A stretch of 24,000 nt of DNA from Grimontia celer. Lineage in GTDB: Bacteria > Pseudomonadota > Gammaproteobacteria > Enterobacterales > Vibrionaceae. This document shows positions 16,849-23,912 of the stretch, one piece after another (the stretch's first letter is position 1; every line of letters begins with the position of its first letter). The stretch is taken from positions 228,586 to 252,585 of the forward strand of contig NZ_FIZX01000002.1 in NCBI RefSeq assembly GCF_900055185.1. The letters are read 5' to 3'. The notes under the pieces were generated by a model, which ran no database searches, had not been told where the DNA came from, and saw nothing but the letters and a program-made list of their open reading frames with translations. Made by a program: the position numbers and the translations under genes.

Positions 16849-16863
16849 AACAGCTTCCTTATT

Positions 16864-18039
16864 TTAGTTGTAAATCTGGTGGTTGAAGTTGGCGTTCCAG
16901 CTCATCAGGGTTTCAAGAGGCATAGGTTTGGCGATGTAAAAACCCTGCGCGGAATCGCACCATTCGTGTTGCAAGTGCTCGTAAATTTCGTGGGATTCAA
17001 CACCCTCTGCGATGACCTTAAGTTCCATGCGTTTCGCGAGGTCGATACAGGAGCGGACGATGTTGAGAGACTGTGCGTTGCTGAGCATGGTTTTAGTGAA
17101 GGATTTATCAACTTTGAGCTCAGAAAACGGGAGAGTATGGAATAGCGAAAGCGACGAATACCCGGTGCCAAAATCATCCAGAGACAGGCCAACACCTTTG
17201 ATTCGAAGATTAACAAGAATATCCAAAACGTCCTGATTGCCTTCCAAAAACTCACGTTCAATCAGCTCCAATGTGATTTGGTTGGGTGCAATCAATTTCC
17301 CGGCAATTAAGGAGTTAAAGCGGAATTGGTACTCTGGCGTGACTAAGGATGAGGCGCTGACATTAATGGAGATAGACTTGAAATGCGGGAGTTCGGAGAG
17401 TGATTCCGCATCCTCTGCGATTCTGTCGAGTACCCACAGCGACAGCCTCAGTTTGGTTATATCAGGCAGATCAGCCAGCATAAATTGGTGCGCACTCAAC
17501 AAGCCAAGCTCTGGGTGATGCCAGCGCAGTAAACACTCGTAAGAGGTGACCACGCCATCGCGCAGGTTGACCTGAGGCTGGTAGAAGATATCCAGTTGGT
17601 TGTGTTCTATAGCTTCTTCAACATCAATGGGGTTGACCTTGGCGACATTGTCTTTTTCCTCGCCGACTTTTCCCTGACTGGCAAACTCCAGCATGTTCAG
17701 CAATACCCTACGTGTAAACGGTTTGGATAAAGTGCCAATGACATTGAAATCGAGTGATTGAGCGAAAGTGGACGCAGAGTTCAGAATGGACTTGTCATAG
17801 CCACTCAACAAGATTACGCAGGGTTTGATGCTGAAGCTGCTTAGTTCTTTTAGCAGTGCAATGCCGTTTTTGTCCGGCATATGAACATCAAGGATCAGAA
17901 CGTCGCTGGATGTCGGGTCAGCGTGGCGCAGTAAATCCATACCTCGGTTAAAGCCTTTAGCGGGATAACCGGTTTCACAAAGCATCTGGGTGATGACATC
18001 AGTGAATTCGGTGTTATCGTCGACTACATATACGTTCAA
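16864..18039 (-). CDS. Response regulator with EAL c-di-GMP phosphodiesterase output (REC-EAL, RocR-like architecture)
   Basis: 391-aa ORF. The REC domain has DD (VVDDN), phospho-acceptor LILDVHMPD, LLSG and SKPF. The EAL domain has YQPQ, ECLLRW, INVS, ELIERE, SLDDFGTGYSSL, LKVDKSF, IAEGVES and QGFYIAKP, so all catalytic positions look present. The start is TTG (complement of 18037-18039) with AAGGA upstream; the first internal Met would delete the DD pocket. Confidence 0.9.
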   Translation of the reverse strand: MNVYVVDDNTEFTDVITQMLCETGYPAKGFNRGMDLLRHADPTSSDVLILDVHMPDKNGIALLKELSSFSIKPCVILLSGYDKSILNSASTFAQSLDFNVIGTLSKPFTRRVLLNMLEFASQGKVGEEKDNVAKVNPIDVEEAIEHNQLDIFYQPQVNLRDGVVTSYECLLRWHHPELGLLSAHQFMLADLPDITKLRLSLWVLDRIAEDAESLSELPHFKSISINVSASSLVTPEYQFRFNSLIAGKLIAPNQITLELIEREFLEGNQDVLDILVNLRIKGVGLSLDDFGTGYSSLSLFHTLPFSELKVDKSFTKTMLSNAQSLNIVRSCIDLAKRMELKVIAEGVESHEIYEHLQHEWCDSAQGFYIAKPMPLETLMSWNANFNHQIYN

Positions 18040-18234
18040 AGTCCCAATCCTTGACCAGCGTTTAAGGTATCCATTGTTTGAGGAAATGCTGAGGGCAGCA
18101 TGCGCGGTGGCAATAAACCTAGGTGCTAATATTGGGATTGTCTATGTTACTGGCGGGCTAAGTTCAGAAGGAATGCATCTGGATCTGATGCATTCCTGAA
18201 AGAGAGACGTAGTCTTTTTTATGAGTCGGCATTT

Positions 18235-18687
18235 TTAGGCAGAATTAACAATTTCATCGGGAAAGCGATATCTTTGGACGTTCGGTCTGCTTCTTACCAA
18301 TCTATAAAGTGTTCTCAGGAATTCTTTGTCTTCTTCGTCGTTGTCCCAGAAGAAATGCCCACCCGCTCTGACGGCACCCCAAATCATATTGGCGCGGAGG
18401 TTATCGACACCGTTCTGGCGCAACAACTCATATAGCATGTCGTCAGCCTGCTCTTGGTCTACCTGATGATTGTAGAAGAGCCAGTCATGCACCAGTGCTG
18501 GCATCATGATGTCAGGATGAAACGGTGTGAAGGTAATTTGCCAAGCCACGGCAGGAATGCTGGCACCGTCATAACGGAAATATTTAGGAACAACAATATC
18601 AACGCCTTGTACTTGGATCTCAAAGTCCCAGGTGAGTTCGTATTTATTGGTTAATGCGCTGGGTTGCAGTTTGGGTTGTTTGAGCAT
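18235..18687 (-). CDS. DUF1353 domain protein
   Basis: 150-aa ORF with the family pattern ...FRYDGASIP......ALVHDWLFY. GGAGG lies 7 nt upstream of the ATG. Confidence 0.75.
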   Translation of the reverse strand: MLKQPKLQPSALTNKYELTWDFEIQVQGVDIVVPKYFRYDGASIPAVAWQITFTPFHPDIMMPALVHDWLFYNHQVDQEQADDMLYELLRQNGVDNLRANMIWGAVRAGGHFFWDNDEEDKEFLRTLYRLVRSRPNVQRYRFPDEIVNSA

Positions 18688-18764
18688 GAGAGGCCTCCAA
18701 ATTGCTTCTGGAGGGTATAGGCTAACTAATACACTATTGTGATGACGTTTAAAGATTGGGAAAA

Positions 18765-18821
18765 ACAGAAAAGAAAAAGGACAGGCAATATGGAGTCAGC
18801 TCAACTGAGCATTGCCTGTCC
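18765..18821 (-). terminator. Probable rho-independent terminator (- strand) downstream of the orphan lipoprotein gene
   Basis: Perfect 11-bp stem ggacaggcaat (18779-18789) / attgcctgtcc (18811-18821) with a 21-nt loop that contains a 4-bp sub-stem (tcag/ctga). On the - strand it is followed by TTTTTCTTTTCTGTTTTT (complement of 18761-18778). Confidence 0.55.
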
Positions 18822-18873
18822 AAAATGCAAATAATTGCATTGAAATAATTTACACCAACTACAAGGAACTTCC

Positions 18874-18999
18874 ATGTTGTTTTACCAGATACCATCAACG
18901 CTGCCTGATGATGCCAGTAAAGTGGAGGCGGTAATGTATTGGGTGCATCAATTTATTACCAACCAAAAGGCTCGCTACCATAGCCAAAAACGAATTTAA
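18874..18999 (+). CDS. Possible 41-aa ORF (below ORF-track cutoff), function unknown
   Basis: An ATG at 18874 is preceded by AAGGA 6 nt upstream. Translation: MLFYQIPSTLPDDASKVEAVMYWVHQFITNQKARYHSQKRI*. The stop at 18997-18999 overlaps the convergent lipoprotein stop. The segment looks noticeably more GC-rich than the DNA to its right, judged by eye. Confidence 0.25.
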   Translation: MLFYQIPSTLPDDASKVEAVMYWVHQFITNQKARYHSQKRI

Positions 19000-19448
19000 A
19001 ACTGTTCAATACTCTCGCTATCTTCATGAATAAATCGTTTTGATATTCCGTTTTCCCTAACGAGTAACCCCGATTTATTCACGTGATATTTGTGATTGAT
19101 CTTTTGTCCATTGATCAATGCGCCTATCACCAAAAAGCAAAAGTGTGCGCCAACCTGACAATCTATTTGATAATTCCCTTTTCCTCTGTGCTTCAATGCC
19201 TTGGTGACTGAGCCGTCATGGCTGCTGACCATTGTGACCCGCGATACTGAGGCAATCCTCGCCTGCTTGTCTTCAAAAGTAACTTTCTCGCGTGTCCGTT
19301 CTTTATCTATGCCAAAGTGGGAATAATAATATCCACCTTGTCGTAACGCTGAATTTAAATCAGCTTCGCGCTGGTCATTACTATTAACGATACAAGCTGT
19401 TAAAAGTAAGCTCGAAATTGTTACTACTAAGCATTTAACTTTTTTCAT
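18996..19448 (-). CDS. Orphan lipoprotein in AT-rich DNA
   Basis: 150-aa ORF with signal peptide and lipobox MKKVKCLVVTISSLLLTAC. No family recognised. The gene and its upstream region are clearly AT-richer than flanking genes. Confidence 0.65.
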   Translation of the reverse strand: MKKVKCLVVTISSLLLTACIVNSNDQREADLNSALRQGGYYYSHFGIDKERTREKVTFEDKQARIASVSRVTMVSSHDGSVTKALKHRGKGNYQIDCQVGAHFCFLVIGALINGQKINHKYHVNKSGLLVRENGISKRFIHEDSESIEQF

Positions 19449-19539
19449 GGGATATCTCCCATTTTGTTAGTGAGTGTAAACACCCTGCTTAATCACATTG
19501 TTATTATTATTTGGCTCGATAAAAGGAGCCATTCCCCTA

Positions 19540-19623
19540 ATGTTTAATAACCTGCTTGTTGTGCTTATTACAGGTGCAAGTTTAATCACAGTATTCGTCG
19601 AAGACGTGTTTTTGTTTTTCTGA
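19540..19623 (+). CDS. Possible 27-aa hydrophobic peptide ORF
   Basis: AAGGAG (19523-19528) lies 11 nt before the ATG at 19540. Translation: MFNNLLVVLITGASLITVFVEDVFLFF*, a single TM-length hydrophobic stretch. It is divergent from the lipoprotein gene. It is too short for the ORF track and has no other support. Confidence 0.2.
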   Translation: MFNNLLVVLITGASLITVFVEDVFLFF

Positions 19624-19862
19624 TTTAAGCTTTATTCAAGAAGCAAAATTTTAAAAGTAAAAATTCACGGAAGGTTGAATAGATGTTAAATAATTGAAAC
19701 ATGACTGTCGGTTTATTTAATAGTGAGTGGTGAGGATTCAGGAGTGTCGCGCTTTCAGTACGCTAGTGATTTTGAGCTATTTATATGATTTTAATAACGA
19801 AATTTGATATTTTCGAGATGAGGGAGCCTGCAAGCTGCTTCGCGTGAAAAACACCAGAAAAA

Positions 19863-21935
19863 TTACGAATCCAGACAGGAGCTGTGCTTGGCTTGGCGGT
19901 TGGCGACAAACCGCATGAAGTCTTCAATGGTGAGAGGCTTGGCATAGAAGTAGCCTTGGGCGTACTCAAAGCCTTGGTTGAGGAGATAGGTTTCCTGGTC
20001 GAGTGTTTCTACGCCTTCGGCGATGACAGCCATGTCGAGCTTGTCAGCAAGGTATTTTACGACATTGAAGATGGCTTTAGCATCGTCATCTCCCGGTAAG
20101 ACTTGTGTGAACTGACGGTCGATTTTGATTTGGTCAAATCCATAGGTCAGTAGGTATTCAAGTGAAGCGAAGCCAGTACCGAAATCATCCAATGAAACGG
20201 TCACTCCGGCGTTCTTGAGCCAGTTACGGACCTTGTTGGTAGAGTCGGTATTGATCATTTGGGATGACTCGGTAATTTCGATATCCAGACTCTGTAGCGG
20301 CACATCGTTGTCTTCCGAGCAGGAGAGTAACTCGGCGATAAAGCCATCGGACGTGAGCTGTTGAGGCGAGACATTCACACTGAAGCGGAAATCGTCGGGT
20401 AAATGATCCAGTATATGGCTGACGTCATAAAACGCCCGACGCATGATCTCACGGCCCAAAGCAACAATCAGGCCCGTACGCTCCGCTTCCTCGACAATAT
20501 CTACATGGGCAACATTCTGTTGCCGCTCACTGTGATTAAGCCTCAGCAGCGCTTCACAGCCCGTCACTAACCCCGTTTTCATGCTGACTTTAGGCTGATA
20601 GTAGAGGGTGAATTCTTTGGTTTCGATAATACGCTGAAGTGCTTTACGCACTGCCTCGCGGTTGCTGCGGGCGATATCAGCATCTTTGTCGTAGAAACGC
20701 ACACAACGGCGCCCTGCTTCTTTGGCAACATAGAGGGCGATATCCGTAGCGTGAAGCAATTGCCGCGGTGTGTGGCCATTTTCTGGGAAAAAAGCGACCC
20801 CGATGGAGGTTGAGATCCAAGGTGTGCTGGCGACATCCTCTTTTACGGCAACATTCAGCAGAGGCGTCAGCAAGTCTTCAACGGTTTGCTGGTGACTTTG
20901 GGACGGGATAATACAAACAAATTCGTCACCGCCGGTACGACTGATAGATGCTTGTGGAAGCTGCTGTTTAAGCGCATGGGCAAACCTGACGAGCAGCACA
21001 TCTCCTTCCTGATGACCATTGGCATCGTTGTAGCCGCCAAAGTCATCAATATCGAGAGAAACCAGCGCGAAAGGGTGTTCGTTGTTACACAGGGTGTTGA
21101 GCTCAGAGAGCAGGGCTCGGCGGTTGGAAACATTGGTCAAGGGGTCTATTTCTGACAACGCCTTCAGTTCGGCCTTCGCGCTCTCGAGCTCCCGCATGTA
21201 GCTCACTGCCTGTTGAACGGAATTGTTATAGGCATGCACCAGCAAGCCGAATTCATCATTTTCGTGTCCATCGATTTTTAGCAGACGCGCATTTTTCTGC
21301 CGTGCCAGTTTGGCGTTCTTATCAATAGAATCGATGATCTTGGAGAGCGGTCTCCCAATCTGATTGTGGAACAGAATGGTCAGGATGATGGCGATCAAGA
21401 GTACTTCTGCCATGGTGGAAAGGCAGATGGTCCACACCAAATCGTAAAACTCTGCCTCTGAGGTGTGGAAGTTTACCAGCCCAATCAAGTTTCCGACATG
21501 TTGGTCAACGAATTGGCTGTCTCTGTATATCTTGAAGCTTAAAGGATATGAGAGGGTGTAGGTTTCATGAACAGGAAGCAGGGCATGCATCCACCCAGGT
21601 AAGTGATCTTCATGATGAGGTTGCTCGATGGAAGCCACCACATCGTCATAGTTATCGAGAATGGTGACCTCTTGAAACAGATGGTCGCCTTCAAAGCCTT
21701 TTAAAAGTGAAAAGCCCTGAGCTGAGTCGAGATTGAATGCAGCATAGGCAGCGCTATCAAGGATATTTTCCAATTGAAGACGGGCAGCCTGTTCCTTTTC
21801 GGTGTTAAGGTGATTGAGCTGGGCAGTCGCAATCACCACACTGATCACCACGCCGCCAATCATGCTTAATAGCATGACAGACGCAACAAAGCGTCGTAGC
21901 AGTGGTGCCTTGGTACCGAAAAGTCTGGAGGTCAT
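19863..21935 (-). CDS. Membrane-bound dual-domain c-di-GMP enzyme: TM - periplasmic domain - TM - HAMP - GGDEF - EAL (motifs intact)
   Basis: 690-aa ORF. Two TM segments (FVASVMLLSMIGGVVISVVIATA; LVWTICLSTMAEVLLIAIILTILF) bracket a ~130-aa periplasmic loop. Intact motifs: RTGGDEF (GGDEF codons at 20919-20933), GCEALLRL (EAL at 20547-20555), DDFGTGFASL, KIDRQF, AEGVET, QGYFYAKP. Confidence 0.9.
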   Translation of the reverse strand: MTSRLFGTKAPLLRRFVASVMLLSMIGGVVISVVIATAQLNHLNTEKEQAARLQLENILDSAAYAAFNLDSAQGFSLLKGFEGDHLFQEVTILDNYDDVVASIEQPHHEDHLPGWMHALLPVHETYTLSYPLSFKIYRDSQFVDQHVGNLIGLVNFHTSEAEFYDLVWTICLSTMAEVLLIAIILTILFHNQIGRPLSKIIDSIDKNAKLARQKNARLLKIDGHENDEFGLLVHAYNNSVQQAVSYMRELESAKAELKALSEIDPLTNVSNRRALLSELNTLCNNEHPFALVSLDIDDFGGYNDANGHQEGDVLLVRFAHALKQQLPQASISRTGGDEFVCIIPSQSHQQTVEDLLTPLLNVAVKEDVASTPWISTSIGVAFFPENGHTPRQLLHATDIALYVAKEAGRRCVRFYDKDADIARSNREAVRKALQRIIETKEFTLYYQPKVSMKTGLVTGCEALLRLNHSERQQNVAHVDIVEEAERTGLIVALGREIMRRAFYDVSHILDHLPDDFRFSVNVSPQQLTSDGFIAELLSCSEDNDVPLQSLDIEITESSQMINTDSTNKVRNWLKNAGVTVSLDDFGTGFASLEYLLTYGFDQIKIDRQFTQVLPGDDDAKAIFNVVKYLADKLDMAVIAEGVETLDQETYLLNQGFEYAQGYFYAKPLTIEDFMRFVANRQAKHSSCLDS

Positions 21936-22774
21936 AAATCCTCTGCACCACCACGGGCTTTAACAGCAGAACAGGAAAGCTCAAAGATATTTTCTGGGTC
22001 ATCTCTTGAGCAAATCTCATGGAGTGTACCGTTCTCAAGGAGGGTTGTGTAAGCTGCGCTCAAGCGGTCAATCACATCCTGATCGGAGCTAAGACTCATC
22101 GCCAGGTTCAGAATCAGTGGTTTTTTCGGGTCTCCCAAATAGAAATAGGCTTTGAGGTTATCATTGTTATTTTCGCTGTAGGCATAAACAGACCAAAGCC
22201 CAGTGACATAATCGCATTTGCGGTTTTGTAACAGTGATAGGTGTTTGGCAGGTCGTGCGATCCCGCCTGTATCGGTTTGTAGGGCAGAGAGCGTCCCTCT
22301 TAGGGTGAACAGGTTCTTGTTGGGCTGAAAGCCTTTGTTAACCAGATATTGGTAAGAGTAGGTTTCGAGCTCTGAGCAAACCCTGAATTGTTTGGCTTCA
22401 TCGAGTGTGGCTTTCGCAAGCTCCGGGCGGCTTTTCAAACCGATTAGTGAGGAACGCTCCAGTGCATACAAAGTGCCAATCCAATGGAAGAGATCTTTGC
22501 GTTTTTCTGAAAAGGCGATAGCGAATATCGCCACGTTTTTTTCTCTTTGCGCTGTTTTATATGCTCTCGCCCAGGGCATGACATCAATAGGGGAGTCGAA
22601 GTCTGCTTCGTCTAGAATCGCTTGAACCATTTCGACGGCGCGCCCTCCAAACTGCCCATCGTCATCAATGACTTGAAAGGGGGGGAGGGTTTCAGACACA
22701 ACACGAAGTGGCTGCTCTGCAAAAGCGAAAGCAGCTTGAAAAAACAAGCTTACAAAAACATAAAATCGTCGCAT
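21932..22774 (-). CDS. Periplasmic substrate-binding protein, family-3 (amino-acid-type) fold
   Basis: The preferred start is M21 (MRRFYVFVSLFFQAAFAFA/EQ, a clean signal peptide); the track start at 22834 has no SD. The pattern LRVVSETLPPFQVIDDDGQFGG.AVEMV is typical of SBP_bac_3-like proteins. The stop overlaps the downstream GGDEF-EAL start as ATGA (21932-21935). Confidence 0.78.
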   Translation of the reverse strand: MRRFYVFVSLFFQAAFAFAEQPLRVVSETLPPFQVIDDDGQFGGRAVEMVQAILDEADFDSPIDVMPWARAYKTAQREKNVAIFAIAFSEKRKDLFHWIGTLYALERSSLIGLKSRPELAKATLDEAKQFRVCSELETYSYQYLVNKGFQPNKNLFTLRGTLSALQTDTGGIARPAKHLSLLQNRKCDYVTGLWSVYAYSENNNDNLKAYFYLGDPKKPLILNLAMSLSSDQDVIDRLSAAYTTLLENGTLHEICSRDDPENIFELSCSAVKARGGAEDL

Positions 22775-23012
22775 AAATTCCCGTAAATCAATCCTTTGGT
22801 CGTGACTGCCAATTCCATCAAGCGACCTTTTCATTTCGTATCAGTGCATCAGCACCCTATTCTTCTAGGAGTATATTAATTAACCACAAGATTCATTGAT
22901 GTCTCATTTTTTGTACTTCAATGGACTTTTTTTACGTCTCGTTTTAAGTGCGTGTTGCATATGACTTATGCTCAAGTCACACCCAGCGGAAAAATACGAG
23001 CAGTATTGAAAG

Positions 23013-23708
23013 ATGATGCGGAGAAATCCGTTCTTATCGTTTATCCCCAAAACCGGAATGATTCGTTTGAGTAGATGGACTTACGCTTGGTTGCCCACTT
23101 TGTTTCTGCTTCAATTCTCAGCGGAAGCGAACGTGGTGCTCGATTATCAGGATCTTTCTGAATGGCAGGTCAAAGCGTTTAAAAACGAAACACGCTACCG
23201 TTTGATTGACGATGAATCAGTCAACAGACAGGTTCTTTATGGTGAAAGTCACGATGCTGCTTCTGGGCTGATCATGGAAAAAGAGATAGATCTGACCAAA
23301 ACGCCTTGGCTGAGTTGGCAATGGAAAGTTGATACTTTTCCTACAACCGATAATGAAAAGCTAAAAACGCAGGATGATTTTGCTTGGCGACTATCAGTGA
23401 CTGTCGTGCCGGGTATGACCATGATGAGCAGTAGAACCATTGTGTATGTCTGGACGCCGAATCAGCCGGAGAACAGCTTTTGGCCGAATCCTTTTGCACC
23501 CAAACGCTTTAAAATGCTGGCTGTTACCTCGGGAGAACAGAAAAACGAGTGGGTTACAGTTAGCCGGAATGTTCGGGAAGATTTTCTGCGCCTCTACGGG
23601 AAAGACTACAAAACACTGTCAGTGGTTGCTGTGACATCTGATAGTGACAATTCTCAATCTGAAACCTCCGCCTATATCACGCCGCTAACTTTCTCAGAAA
23701 GCCCATAA
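23013..23708 (+). CDS. DUF3047 domain protein (secreted)
   Basis: 231-aa ORF. The hydrophobic leader ...WLPTLFLLQFSAEA suggests export; the start may be M16 at 23058. The family call comes from size and the pattern WLSWQWKV...DDFAWRLSV....IVYVW. Confidence 0.7.
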   Translation: MMRRNPFLSFIPKTGMIRLSRWTYAWLPTLFLLQFSAEANVVLDYQDLSEWQVKAFKNETRYRLIDDESVNRQVLYGESHDAASGLIMEKEIDLTKTPWLSWQWKVDTFPTTDNEKLKTQDDFAWRLSVTVVPGMTMMSSRTIVYVWTPNQPENSFWPNPFAPKRFKMLAVTSGEQKNEWVTVSRNVREDFLRLYGKDYKTLSVVAVTSDSDNSQSETSAYITPLTFSESP

Positions 23709-23733
23709 AAACAGAATGTTAAAAGTATTATTG

Positions 23734-23757
23734 AACGGTCGATGAATCGTTATTTTT
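23734..23757 (+). terminator. Weak candidate terminator after the DUF3047 gene
   Basis: aacggt (23734-23739) pairs with atcgtt (23746-23751): 6 bp including one G-U, loop cgatga, followed by ATTTTTG. The stem is AT-rich and short. Confidence 0.35.
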
Positions 23758-23912
23758 GCATGTACACTTTCTAGTTTACTTTTGCAATTTGCTGAGTATG
23801 ATATGCGCCTCTCTAGGCTGCTGCGAAAGTCTCCCGCGCTCTTCTTCGCCCCTTCCGCAACTGCGCCTCCCTATTTTTTTCGCTCCTTTAAGGGGCATCT
23901 GGAAGCAGAAGT

